A stretch of 64,000 nt of DNA from a virus. Location: positions 16,645-80,644 of the IMG/VR virus record IMGVR_UViG_3300045110_000102. One strand, 5' to 3'. The notes under the pieces were generated by a model. That model did not search any database. It saw nothing but the letters and a program-made list of their open reading frames with translations, and was not told the DNA's origin. This document shows, one piece after another, positions 30,305 through 40,036 of this stretch (position 1 is its first letter; each line of letters opens with the position of its first letter). The translations under genes and the position numbers were made by a program.

Positions 30305-31240
30305 TTACGCAAGGCCTTCAGCCTTCAGTCGAGCGTCGATGCGCGCGCGCTTCTCGATGCCGATGCCGAGCGCATCAAGGTCACCCTCGCCCGGTCCCGG
30401 CCAATGACCGGCGTCGATGCACCGGCGCACCTCGCGCATTGCCCATCGGTTCATCTGCCGACCGCGTCCCAAGTCTTCCTCGACCAGCGGGACGGTGCGC
30501 GCGCAGTACGGGCTCGCGGTCTCGACGAACATTAGCATGAACGAAGCGAACGGCAGACCGAGTCCCTCGCAGACTTCGCCGATCAGCGCGCCTTGCTGCT
30601 GATATCCGAGATCGTGGATCGACGCCTGCAGCGCGTACGATGTCACCTCGCGCGCAGTCTTGAGATCAACGAAGTCGTCTTCCGTCGGCGGGATCACGTC
30701 GGGCCGCACCTTGATCCAGAGTCCAGTCTCCTTGTCCTTCCAGAAGCCGGAACACTCGACGTAGCCAGACAGCAGACCTTCATCCACCAGCGGTTCGAGC
30801 TTGAGACTCTTCGCCATCTGCACGATGGACTTCAACTCCTTCACCGTGACGATCACGCGGCCTTCGCGTGCTTGCCGCTCATTCCATTCCTGACAGGCGT
30901 GCGCGTTGTTATTCCACTTCTTCTCTTCACCGGTCTTGCGGTCGCGATAGGTCTCGGGCTGCGCGGTGAACTTCGCATCGAACTTGTCTTCGCCGAGCAG
31001 CAGGTGATGCGCCGCCGAGCCGAGCAGCATCGGTCGCGTCACTTCGCGCGCTTCACTCTCTGGGTTCTCGCACCACTGCGCGTGCATGTGCTTCGCGCTC
31101 TTGCTCCAGAGCGTGCGCAGGTTCGATGATGACACCGTCGGACCGTCGCAGAGGTCGGCGCTGTGATAGCGCTCGATGGGGATGCCCGAGTACCAGCCGG
31201 GCTTGGTTATTTTCTTGCCAGTCCACTTCGTCACTTGCAC
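30305..31240 (-). CDS. recE: Exonuclease VIII / RecE-like PD-(D/E)xK nuclease (DUF3799)
   Basis: YH...VSSS.L, G.A.H, K.RPD...DLKT, Y..Q.A. Confidence 0.85.
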   Translation of the reverse strand: MQVTKWTGKKITKPGWYSGIPIERYHSADLCDGPTVSSSNLRTLWSKSAKHMHAQWCENPESEAREVTRPMLLGSAAHHLLLGEDKFDAKFTAQPETYRDRKTGEEKKWNNNAHACQEWNERQAREGRVIVTVKELKSIVQMAKSLKLEPLVDEGLLSGYVECSGFWKDKETGLWIKVRPDVIPPTEDDFVDLKTAREVTSYALQASIHDLGYQQQGALIGEVCEGLGLPFASFMLMFVETASPYCARTVPLVEEDLGRGRQMNRWAMREVRRCIDAGHWPGPGEGDLDALGIGIEKRARIDARLKAEGLA

Positions 31241-31284
31241 CTTGGTTGCTCCTTTGGTGTCGTCATAAATTGAGTCGAACGGCG

Positions 31285-31350
31285 ACCATAGCCTCTGGTC
31301 AATCCGTTTTCAACCGGCTATTGTTAAACCTTCTATGGATTTTTCCAGAG
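31285..31350. promoter_or_regulatory. Divergent promoter/operator region
   Basis: Minus strand TTGAAA-N17-TATGGT (31313-31285); imperfect inverted repeat CTCTGG..AATCC / GGATT..CCAGAG. Confidence 0.55.
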
Positions 31351-31364
31351 GGTGAACGAGAGAG

Positions 31365-31649
31365 ATGATGATGGGAGCACAGACCAATGGCTCTTCGCGC
31401 AAGCGGTTGCGCGGAGAGGTGATCAACCGCAGCAAGAACAGGGACAAGAAGCGCGACGCGATCATGCGGACAGTCTTCGCGCGGCCCGGCTTTGCCAGCG
31501 AGATCGCCAAGCATCTGGGTGTTTCTCCACAGAATGTTTCTGCATGGAATCGCGTACCGCCTCACCACGTGGTCGCGCTCGCGCCTATGCTGGGACTTCC
31601 GCCCGAGAAGATTCGCCCGGACATCTTCGGAGGGAGACGCAGGATTTGA
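31365..31649 (+). CDS. Cro-like HTH regulator
   Basis: IAKHLGVSPQNVSAW..VP...IRPDIF. Confidence 0.8.
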   Translation: MMMGAQTNGSSRKRLRGEVINRSKNRDKKRDAIMRTVFARPGFASEIAKHLGVSPQNVSAWNRVPPHHVVALAPMLGLPPEKIRPDIFGGRRRI

Positions 31650-32092
31650 ATTGGACCGATGCCGCCGATGCGATGCTGGTCAAGCTGTGGGATAGCGGAG
31701 CCTCGCTCGGCTACGTGGCGGATGGATTGTGCCTCGCTGGCTACGTGGTGAGCCGCAACTCTGTCGCCGGTCGTAAGCACCGATTGACACAGAAGGGCGT
31801 GGTCTTCCGGCGCGTCGGTCCACCGATCAGGAGCAAGCCACTACGACAGCCTATCAACCAGCAACGGAGCAAACGAATGAACACCAAAGCAACTGACACT
31901 CCTGTCGAGCCGTTTGATCACAGTACTCACGAGGGCATCGAGTATCTGGAGAACATTGATGGATGCAAGGCCATCCTCGGCAAGCGCGGCGGGGCGTGGA
32001 TGTTGCCGATGGTGTGCGGACGACGGAGGACAAGCGGAGAGCCGTACTGCAACGAGCACCTGATGATCTACACCAACCAGCAAAGGAAATGA
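31646..32092 (+). CDS. gcrA: GcrA-like cell-cycle regulator
   Basis: WT...L.KLW..G.S...A...SRNSV.G..HRL; C-terminal C..CG..PYC..H. Confidence 0.8.
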   Translation: MNWTDAADAMLVKLWDSGASLGYVADGLCLAGYVVSRNSVAGRKHRLTQKGVVFRRVGPPIRSKPLRQPINQQRSKRMNTKATDTPVEPFDHSTHEGIEYLENIDGCKAILGKRGGAWMLPMVCGRRRTSGEPYCNEHLMIYTNQQRK

Positions 32093-32093
32093 C

Positions 32094-32552
32094 ATGGCCA
32101 AAGCAGCGAAGACCACTGAAGTCGAGATCACCGAGAAGATGGTGAACAAGTTCGTCGGCGACATTCTCGAACGACAGGAGCGAATTGAATCCGCGCGCGG
32201 CACGTACATGAATGCCGCGCGTCGTGAGCGTGAGGCGATGACGACGATCTACGAAGGCCTCGCTGCGCGTGGCGTATCGCAGAAGTCGGCGAAGACCGAG
32301 ATCAAGATCATCAATGCGCTTGAGCGGATCAAGGGCTGGATGTCCGATCTCGAAGTCGAAGATCGCAAGATGGTGCAGCGGCTCGCGAAGGTGCAGGGCG
32401 ACAAGAAGCAGTTGCTGTTGTTCGGCGAACTACCAGCCGCACCGAAGCCCGAGAAGAAGAGCAAGGAGAAGAAGCCAGCCGAGCCGGTGCAGACCGATCT
32501 CGTTGAAGCAACCGCCGCCGCTGGCGCTCCATCACTGTCGCTGGTGTCGTGA
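32094..32552 (+). CDS. GapR/DUF2312-like DNA-binding protein
   Basis: FV..I...E......IY......G...K pattern; next to GcrA. Confidence 0.45.
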   Translation: MAKAAKTTEVEITEKMVNKFVGDILERQERIESARGTYMNAARREREAMTTIYEGLAARGVSQKSAKTEIKIINALERIKGWMSDLEVEDRKMVQRLAKVQGDKKQLLLFGELPAAPKPEKKSKEKKPAEPVQTDLVEATAAAGAPSLSLVS

Positions 32553-32558
32553 GGGTCG

Positions 32559-33146
32559 ATGCTGGGTAAGGAAGCAAACGCTGGAAGAGCACCGATGCGC
32601 GACCGACCGGGGGACCGTTACGACACGGCACCTCCGGCGGTTCACGCGCTGATGTCTGTCGAGAAGCTACCGCACTACATCTGGGAGCCAGCCGCTGGCA
32701 AAGGCAACATCGTCAAGGTGCTCCGCGCCGCCGGGCACCACGTGATCGCCACCGACATCAGGAAGCGCGGCTGTCCGGATGCGACGCTGACCAACTTCCT
32801 TGATCCGCAAGAGACCTATCTTGCCGACTGCATCCTGACCAATCCTCCGTACTCATACGCGACGGAGTTCATCAGCCGGTCGCTGGGGCTCGCGCCGCTG
32901 GTGATCATGCTGCTGCGTCTCAACTACCTCGAAGGCGGGACGCCGAAGACCGCAGCCGGGCGCGAGCGTGCGCGGGTGCTCGACAGACTCTCACGTGTGC
33001 ACGTGTTCTCCAATCGCCTGCCGATGATGCATCGCGCTGGCTGGAAGGGGCCGCGCGCATCGAGCGCCATCGCGTTTGCTTGGTACGTGTGGGATCGCGA
33101 TCACGTGGGACCGACAACAATCGACCGCATCAGATGGGAGCAGTGA
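32559..33146 (+). CDS. DNA N6-adenine methyltransferase
   Basis: Y.T.P, IWEPAAGKG, TNPPY, AWYVW. Confidence 0.85.
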   Translation: MLGKEANAGRAPMRDRPGDRYDTAPPAVHALMSVEKLPHYIWEPAAGKGNIVKVLRAAGHHVIATDIRKRGCPDATLTNFLDPQETYLADCILTNPPYSYATEFISRSLGLAPLVIMLLRLNYLEGGTPKTAAGRERARVLDRLSRVHVFSNRLPMMHRAGWKGPRASSAIAFAWYVWDRDHVGPTTIDRIRWEQ

Positions 33147-33147
33147 C

Positions 33148-34182
33148 GTGGCAGTGGTGTGGACTGATCCGAGGAAGGCAGCGAAGGCTGCGGAGAAAAA
33201 GTACGACGCGTTGAATCACCTGCTGTTTCAGTTCGGCGTGAACAATCTCACTGCCGATCAATTCTGGGGACAGATGAACCAGAACGGCTGGGGGCAATCA
33301 GACATCGACGCATGGTGCGCCGATTATTACCAGAGGAGCGCAGAGGAAGATGCAAAGCAAGAAGCCAAACGAGAAGAAGGGCGGCATGGGTCCGCGCGAA
33401 CAACAGCTTCGCGATATGCGCGAGGCGCGAGCGGACAAGGCGGCGCGAGCGGGTCGCGAGATGAGAACGGCGCAGGCCAAGAAGTTGATCGACCAAACTA
33501 TCACCAAGCCGAACAAGCCCGCGCGCAAGCCCGCCAAGCAGCGAAGGGCCTCGGGCAGGGGGAGGTGATCCATCTACGCGAGGAGCGCAAGCAGCGCGCG
33601 ATTGTCGTTGGGCAGGCGCGCTACGACTTCGCTCAGCGCAACGGCTACCTCAACTCCGGCGCGATGCTGGAAGCTCTCCCGCAGTTCAGCATCGACGGCG
33701 CGGTCGGCGAGTGCGGCATCGGCGACCGCCTCGGTCTGGAGTGGCACGAGAACATCGGCAAGATCGACGGCATCGATGTCGGCACGATAATCGAGGTGCG
33801 CTCGCGACCGCCCGGCAAGGAGCTTGGCATCCGAGACAGTGACCGGCGCTTCCTGCCGCACGTGTTCGTGTGGGTCTACAAAGACTACAGCGTGCGGATA
33901 CTCGGCTGGCTCTATGGCTTCGAAGGCATGCACGAGAAGGACAGCGAGCTTCACCGGCAGCGATGGAATGAGAATTCTTACTGTTGGTACAACCCACCGC
34001 CGTATCGCTCATTCGAATCTCTGGAGCGCATCATTGCAGACGAGACCAAGGTCGCGCGCATCTTGGCGAAGCACATCGAGGATGAACCGCGCCGCGAGGA
34101 GAAGCGGAGGATTGAACGAGCGAGGCAGCGAGAGAGAGCGGCGGCAGCAGCGGCGGCTGCTGAAGAACAAGGCGGGGCGTGA
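33148..34182 (+). CDS. Hypothetical protein; C-terminal part (internal GTG 33565) PD-(D/E)xK-like
   Basis: G..GE...D.....IEV(R)S...ILGW; in-frame second start. Confidence 0.5.
   Translation: MAVVWTDPRKAAKAAEKKYDALNHLLFQFGVNNLTADQFWGQMNQNGWGQSDIDAWCADYYQRSAEEDAKQEAKREEGRHGSARTTASRYARGASGQGGASGSRDENGAGQEVDRPNYHQAEQARAQARQAAKGLGQGEVIHLREERKQRAIVVGQARYDFAQRNGYLNSGAMLEALPQFSIDGAVGECGIGDRLGLEWHENIGKIDGIDVGTIIEVRSRPPGKELGIRDSDRRFLPHVFVWVYKDYSVRILGWLYGFEGMHEKDSELHRQRWNENSYCWYNPPPYRSFESLERIIADETKVARILAKHIEDEPRREEKRRIERARQRERAAAAAAAAEEQGGA
33350..33568 (+). CDS. Small basic protein, overprinted
   Basis: GAGGA RBS; stop coupled (GTGA) to the internal start at 33565. Confidence 0.5.
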   Translation: MQSKKPNEKKGGMGPREQQLRDMREARADKAARAGREMRTAQAKKLIDQTITKPNKPARKPAKQRRASGRGR

Positions 34183-34246
34183 TGCATCCCCGAGCGCAGG
34201 CGACTGCGCTCCACGATGCACCACCGCATCATCGAGGAGATACTAC

Positions 34247-34906
34247 ATGAGGAAGTTTCTATTAGCCTGCACTGCGCTGGCCGCGATGTCATTGCCTGCC
34301 AGCGCTTCGGTCACGTTCGAGTCCAAGCTCAGCGGTACGGGCGACAACGTGATCTTCAACTCCTTGAGCGGCGACGTCGCGCTTGGAAGTCTGAACGGTC
34401 AGCATCAAGGTCTCGTCGAGTTCAGGGCGCTCGATGTCTCGACATTCAATGCCGCTGCTAACGGCAACGACATCAAGATCAACGGCACCAACAATCTGCA
34501 GATCGAGGTGCATGATCAACTGAACTCGTTCGTCATCGGCACCACCACGCAGGTGTTCTCGGTGATCGGCACTGGCAACCTGTTCGCGTTCGTGCGTGCT
34601 GTTGACGCCAATGGAGTTGAAGAGCCGCTCTTCACCTTCGACCTTGGCGATCTCGGCAATGGCCACGCTCAGAACGGGTTCACGTTCCACGCCACCGACG
34701 GCGAGGTGATGACCCGGCTGACGTTGCTCGTTCAGGATGGCACGCTCACTGAGTTCGAGCACTACCGCATCGACGTTGGTGTGGTGCCGACGGCTGCAGT
34801 GCCTGAAGCATCGACGTGGGCGATGATGATCGCTGGCTTCATCGGCGTTGGTGGTCTGGCGATGCGCAAGCGTCGTCGCGAAGGTCTCACGTTCCGTCTC
34901 GCGTAA
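34247..34906 (+). CDS. PEPxxWA-CTERM surface protein
   Basis: GAGGAG RBS; signal peptide; VPEASTWAMMIAGF..VG...RKRRR. Confidence 0.9.
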   Translation: MRKFLLACTALAAMSLPASASVTFESKLSGTGDNVIFNSLSGDVALGSLNGQHQGLVEFRALDVSTFNAAANGNDIKINGTNNLQIEVHDQLNSFVIGTTTQVFSVIGTGNLFAFVRAVDANGVEEPLFTFDLGDLGNGHAQNGFTFHATDGEVMTRLTLLVQDGTLTEFEHYRIDVGVVPTAAVPEASTWAMMIAGFIGVGGLAMRKRRREGLTFRLA

Positions 34907-34973
34907 ACGAAGCGATAAGGCAGTGCCCGACGTGTCGGGTGCTGCCTTGCAGCTTTGAGATAAAGGAGCAAGC

Positions 34974-36521
34974 ATGCTGCAGATTGTTGGATGGCTTCGC
35001 CAGAAGATCACCGCAGTCCTGTCCCGATACAAGCGCAAGACGATCCCACCGCCGCCAGTGCGAGCAACACCGAGGCCGCAACCAGAACCGAATTCAGAAG
35101 CCCCTGATGATCGCTTCGGCTACGGTCAGGAAGTGCCGCCCGGGCCGGAGCCTGAGCCGCCGCGCAAACGCGGACGCCCGGCAGTATCGGAAGAGATCAA
35201 GCTGCTTCGGAAGCGGCGTCTCAGTCACGACAAGTTCGTCACGCCACAAGGCGAGCTACCGCCGCCGGTCACGCGCGAGCCCAAGCCGCGCGTGGAGCGC
35301 GTCGAGTTGCCGCCGCTGCCCGAAGCTCCGCCGCCGAGGAAAACCTATGTGCGCGGCGTGCATCACGAAGACGCCGAGGATGTGCTGTACGACTCGACCG
35401 AGTTCTTCGGCATGTTCAACTTCAGAGACACGATCCTGCAGCAACTTGAACGCTACTTCGTCTACCTCGCGCGCATGAAGAAGTACGACAAGGATTCCTA
35501 CGGGCTCTATCGTCAGTACGGCGCAACGCTGCTGCCCTACATCGACACTGGCGCGCATGACCGCCAAGGCATGAGCGAGGACGACAAGAAGAATCCACCG
35601 GGTCCGCTGCCGCTTATGCCGGAGTGGTTCAACCGCATGCGCCCGACGTTCGGCTGCTTCGTGTATGGCGCTGATCCCGAGACCGAGAAGTGGGAGCTTG
35701 TCAAAGACGCGGAGAAGAAGGGCTTCACGCGGTGGGTGCCGAAGTTCATGTACATCACCAAGCACAAGAAGCCGCCGCCGACGCTGCAGATGAAGAGCGG
35801 CGGCGACATCTACTCGATGACCGTGTGGTGGGACCGACCGCATGATCCGACCAGCAAGCGCAAGTACGGCACGCCGACCGAGTTCGGAATGTTCGTCAGC
35901 AAGGACGGATCACAACTGATCGCGCTGCGCTCGCTGCGGACTCGCATCGTCAAGATATGGTCGAAGAAGCACAAGCAGAACGTTCGCTTCCCCGAGCGCG
36001 TGTGGGAGATACCCGACGAGTTCGAGTCGTGGGCGCGCAACAACGGCGAGGACGCGCAGCATTTTCTGGCGCGACTCTTCCTCACGTCGGTGGCGCGCAT
36101 GTCGAACGTGCAGCGCGGCGTCGTGCGTGTCGCCGCCAGCAAGGACAACATGACCGCAGTGTTCTCGGTCAATCACGAGAAGATGGGATACTTCTTTCAG
36201 GATCGCGACATCCACATCGGCGACACCGGCGCGCGCAAGCGCATCTTCCACATGGTCAAGCCGCACACGCGCAGGGACGGGGCCGAGGTGCCGCTGCACT
36301 TCCGTGGCGAGCGCGAGTTCACGTGGGCTGGCTACGACGTGCGCATCACCGTGCCCGGGTGGGATCACCCGAACTTCGACGAGTTCGACGTCGGCACCAT
36401 CGATGAGCACTGGCTTGATAAAAAGGAGTTGAAGGGGATGATGAACGAAGAAGAGCTTGGCCGCAGGCTGGCCGAGCGGATCAAGAAGGCGCAGCACGGG
36501 AGACACGATGGTCACCGATGA
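34974..36521 (+). CDS. Hypothetical protein (515 aa)
   Basis: AAAGGAGCAA RBS; strong codon bias. Confidence 0.7.
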   Translation: MLQIVGWLRQKITAVLSRYKRKTIPPPPVRATPRPQPEPNSEAPDDRFGYGQEVPPGPEPEPPRKRGRPAVSEEIKLLRKRRLSHDKFVTPQGELPPPVTREPKPRVERVELPPLPEAPPPRKTYVRGVHHEDAEDVLYDSTEFFGMFNFRDTILQQLERYFVYLARMKKYDKDSYGLYRQYGATLLPYIDTGAHDRQGMSEDDKKNPPGPLPLMPEWFNRMRPTFGCFVYGADPETEKWELVKDAEKKGFTRWVPKFMYITKHKKPPPTLQMKSGGDIYSMTVWWDRPHDPTSKRKYGTPTEFGMFVSKDGSQLIALRSLRTRIVKIWSKKHKQNVRFPERVWEIPDEFESWARNNGEDAQHFLARLFLTSVARMSNVQRGVVRVAASKDNMTAVFSVNHEKMGYFFQDRDIHIGDTGARKRIFHMVKPHTRRDGAEVPLHFRGEREFTWAGYDVRITVPGWDHPNFDEFDVGTIDEHWLDKKELKGMMNEEELGRRLAERIKKAQHGRHDGHR

Positions 36522-37050
36522 ACGCTTCACTGGCACCGTGCTCGCACTCGATCTCGCAACCGTCGCTGGATGGGCGCTCGGCAAGCCGGGCTCGACTCCG
36601 AAGTTTGGCACCATGCGGTTCGGCAAGCCCGGCGCATCGCGCGCCTCGATCTATCGCGTCTTCCGCACGTGGATGGATGGATGGTCTGGCCCGGCGACGA
36701 CGCCCGACCTGATCGTCTACGAGTTACCGATGCAGCCGCTGCACATGCGAGGCAAGACTAGCATCGACACCAGCAAGATGTTGATCGGTCTCGCCGAGCA
36801 TCTCGAAGAATGGTGCTTCGATGTTGTCGAGCTTCGCGAAGCAACGGTGGGTCAAGTGCGCTCGCACTTTATTGGGCAGAACCTGAAGTCGGAGTTCGCT
36901 AAGCCTGCGACGGTCGAGCGTTGCCAGATGTTGGGATGGAAGGTCAACAACACTGACGAAGCTGACGCGTGCGCGCTGTGGGATTACCAGTGCGGATTCC
37001 TCCGGCCCGATCTCGCGCACAAGACCACGCCGCTATTCCGGCGCAGGTGA
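36508..37050 (+). CDS. RuvC-like Holliday junction resolvase
   Basis: VLALDLAT..GWA, IVYE, DEADA. Confidence 0.8.
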   Translation: MVTDERFTGTVLALDLATVAGWALGKPGSTPKFGTMRFGKPGASRASIYRVFRTWMDGWSGPATTPDLIVYELPMQPLHMRGKTSIDTSKMLIGLAEHLEEWCFDVVELREATVGQVRSHFIGQNLKSEFAKPATVERCQMLGWKVNNTDEADACALWDYQCGFLRPDLAHKTTPLFRRR

Positions 37051-37090
37051 TTCGCGGGACGCGCGGGCCTCGCGCGCATCAACGCGCATT

Positions 37091-37140
37091 CCTACGTGGG
37101 GAGTGACTCCTACGTGGGGAGCGGACGCGGCTACGTGGGG
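37091..37140. repeat. Three tandem CTACGTGGGG motifs
   Basis: Copies at 37092, 37110 and 37131. Confidence 0.85.
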
Positions 37141-37690
37141 AACGTCATCAACGAATAGCGGTGCGCTCGGGCGAATCACACCGCATCGTGAGTCAACCGA
37201 ACTGTCCCGAATTGCCCGCTAATCTTTTTATGACCGGGAGGTGAAAAGGATTCGACACGCGCTGGCCGAGCGCGTCAGGGTCGCCACCGAGAAAAAAGAA
37301 GGGCGTCACCGGTTCACTGCCAGTGACGCCCTAATCCGAGACCTTTGTCTGAAGCAAAGGCTGGATGCATTCGCGCGAATAAATACCATCCGCGCCCTGC
37401 CATCAAGCATTTTCCCCAGATGAAGGTTCCTCGGTCGGTCACGTCGGCCAAGAACCTGTTGCTGTGGGATGACTGCTCGGAGGCTCCCGGTCCCAAACAC
37501 AGCCCGCCGTGATCGTACTGCCCTGAGCCGTGGGGAACGTCAGCTATTGGGCTGGCCCTTTGTCCACTTTGGGACGGCTGAACCAAGCGAGGACAACGAG
37601 TACTTCGGGACCGACCAGCCGGGACAGACCCTGCTGGTTATCCTTGGAGGAAAGTGGATAGGAGTGTCTGGAATCTGAAAAGGAGCAACG

Positions 37691-37885
37691 ATGACGAAGC
37701 GAATGGACTGGCGCAAGACGCGCAAATTCGAAGCGCGCGAAGAGAAGTATTCACCGGGCAAGGTGCTCGACAATGGTCGAGTGATCCGCGACGCGCCGCG
37801 CGATAAACTCGATGAGCGCGCTCGCTACGTAGAGCGCGCGTGGCTGAAGAAGCAAGGGCTCGGCCCGAACCTGAAGAAACAATGA
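37691..37885 (+). CDS. Small basic protein
   Basis: AAAGGAGCAA RBS. Confidence 0.65.
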   Translation: MTKRMDWRKTRKFEAREEKYSPGKVLDNGRVIRDAPRDKLDERARYVERAWLKKQGLGPNLKKQ

Positions 37886-37946
37886 GGACTTGAAAGATCG
37901 GGAGACAAGCGGCTATTGTAAGATCGTCAAAGGAGCAACCACGACG

Positions 37947-38258
37947 ATGATGAAACAAATTCCATTGAGGACCTACGACCTACTCGGCGGCATTCACAAT
38001 CAATCGCCGATGGGATTGACGACAGAGAAGCACTGGTTCGTGCACGATAGCGGACGCCTCGGCATCGTGCTGCTCGACAACATCGACAAGGACTGGTCGT
38101 TCGTTGCGCTGGCGCATGATCCGCGCAAGCCGCACGGCATGTCGTTCCGCTGCTACGATGTTGGCGCGAGCTTCAATGCGCCTGACGAAGCGCGCGATGC
38201 GCTGGCCATCGCGCTCGATCAAGAACCCGATCCAGTCTTCTTCACGGAGTCGGTGTGA
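37947..38258 (+). CDS. Hypothetical protein
   Basis: TCAAAGGAGCAA RBS. Confidence 0.65.
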   Translation: MMKQIPLRTYDLLGGIHNQSPMGLTTEKHWFVHDSGRLGIVLLDNIDKDWSFVALAHDPRKPHGMSFRCYDVGASFNAPDEARDALAIALDQEPDPVFFTESV

Positions 38259-38635
38259 TGCAGCACCACAACGAGTTGCTGCTCACGGTGGTGGAGAGGT
38301 TATCCGACGCGACCAACCTGCTCCGCATCATTCTTCGTGAACGAGGCGCTACCGGTGCGATACAAGAGATGCCGGTCGATGAGAGCTTCCTCGACAAGCG
38401 TATCGCAGAGATCGACTTCGGCTCGGCGACAACGAAGCTCCACTGGATGTGCTTCAGCCACTTCGACTGCATCAGCCTGAACGGCGACTATCGCACCACG
38501 CCAATCACCACTGTGCGCGATCTAATCTCGCACAGCGAGGATGAGATGCTTCGCGTCTACAACATCGGACGCATCACAACGAAGCGCATCAAGGCGGTGC
38601 TGGCTGCGCACGGCTTCCAACTGAGGGTGCACTGA
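38255..38635 (+). CDS. RNA polymerase alpha-CTD-like protein
   Basis: I.TV.DL...SE.E.LR..N.GR.....I...L...G..L. Confidence 0.75.
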   Translation: MMQHHNELLLTVVERLSDATNLLRIILRERGATGAIQEMPVDESFLDKRIAEIDFGSATTKLHWMCFSHFDCISLNGDYRTTPITTVRDLISHSEDEMLRVYNIGRITTKRIKAVLAAHGFQLRVH

Positions 38636-38795
38636 TGAACATTCCATCCCCGATCAAGGTCGCACGCAACACGTACCTCGTGCTCGACACGATACTGCTG
38701 CTGACGCTGCTCGGCTTCGCGCGCATCCTCAACTGGCTCGGGCTGATCCGTCTCGGCTGGGTCGTGATCCATTGGTGGCGAGGAGACCTGAAGCG

Positions 38796-39743
38796 ATGAC
38801 ACGCGACACCATCGAGAAGTCGTTCGGTCGCTGGCGTGAGATACTGCCAGCGCTCGGCGTGCCATCAGCGATCCTCACCAACAAGCACCAGCCCTGCCCG
38901 ATCTGCGGCGGCACTGATCGCTTCCGCTTCACCGACCGCACAAGGTCCGGTGATTTTTTCTGCAGCATGTGCGGCGCTGGCAAGGGCATGCAGTTGCTGA
39001 TGCGTGTGAAGGGTTGGGACTTCAAGCAGGCAGCGCGCGAGGTCGATGCGATCATCGGAAACCTGCCGCTGCCGCAGCAAGGGCCGGAGTTCTATGCGAG
39101 CAAGGCGGCGAACCCTGCATCACTGCGTCGCCTGTACGGCGAGAGCTTAGCGGTGAGCGCCGCTGATCCGGTGGCGAAGTATCTGAAGCGTCGCGGCATC
39201 ACATCGACCAGCAAGGCGCTGCGCTACATCGAGCGCATGAAGCACCAGCCAACGCAGCGACACTACGCCGGGATGCTCGCGGTGTTCTCCGATGCCGCTG
39301 GCAAGGCGGCGACGTTGCACCGAACCTTCCTGACCGAGGACTTCGACAAGCTCTGCACGATGTTCATGCCGGGCACGGTGCCGAACGGCGGCGCGATCAG
39401 GCTGGCGCGCGAGGCGGAGACGATGGGTATCGCCGAAGGCATCGAGACCGCACTGTCGGCGAGCGATCTTCACGGCATGCCAGTGTGGGCAACGACGTCG
39501 TCGGTGATGCTGGAGAAGTGGCAACCGCCAGCGATAGCTAAGCACGTGGTGATCTTCGGCGACAATGATCTGAGCTTCACCGGACAGGCGTCGGCGTTCA
39601 CGCTGGCGAAGCGGCTGACGCTCGAAGCCGAGAAGAATAGGATCGAGCTACGCGTCTCGGTCGCGATCCCCGCCGTGCCGGGCTTCGATTGGAATGACGT
39701 GGTGATGGAAGATGATGCAGCGCTGAAGATGGAGGTCGCGTGA
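38796..39743 (+). CDS. DNA primase (Zn finger + Toprim)
   Basis: H.PCP.CGG.DRFRF; AEGIETALS; GDND. Confidence 0.9.
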   Translation: MTRDTIEKSFGRWREILPALGVPSAILTNKHQPCPICGGTDRFRFTDRTRSGDFFCSMCGAGKGMQLLMRVKGWDFKQAAREVDAIIGNLPLPQQGPEFYASKAANPASLRRLYGESLAVSAADPVAKYLKRRGITSTSKALRYIERMKHQPTQRHYAGMLAVFSDAAGKAATLHRTFLTEDFDKLCTMFMPGTVPNGGAIRLAREAETMGIAEGIETALSASDLHGMPVWATTSSVMLEKWQPPAIAKHVVIFGDNDLSFTGQASAFTLAKRLTLEAEKNRIELRVSVAIPAVPGFDWNDVVMEDDAALKMEVA

Positions 39744-40036
39744 TGAGCAAAGAGCGAGACATGAATCAACTGCGTGCGGTGTTGGAGGAGTTCGCGCGGC
39801 GCGAGCGCGAGCCGGACTATCCCGAGGCGCTGATCAATCTGATCGACGCAATGCGCGCCTACATCAAGATCGATGTCGCCATCGCTGACGAGCTATTGAG
39901 CGAAGGTCAGATCACGCGCACCGAGTACACCAAGGGGATGATCGAGACCAAGCAGTTGATGATGATCCTGCGCAAGTTCGAAGCGCACGGCATCGACCCA
40001 TCGCTGCACGGTACGATCAAGGAGCCGCGCCGATGA
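39740..40036 (+). CDS. Hypothetical protein
   Basis: Coupled between primase and helicase. Confidence 0.55.
   Translation: MMSKERDMNQLRAVLEEFARREREPDYPEALINLIDAMRAYIKIDVAIADELLSEGQITRTEYTKGMIETKQLMMILRKFEAHGIDPSLHGTIKEPRR

Noticed and set aside
37091-37140. Mini CRISPR array
   Set aside because: Repeats are only 10-11 nt with 7-11 nt gaps; no cas genes
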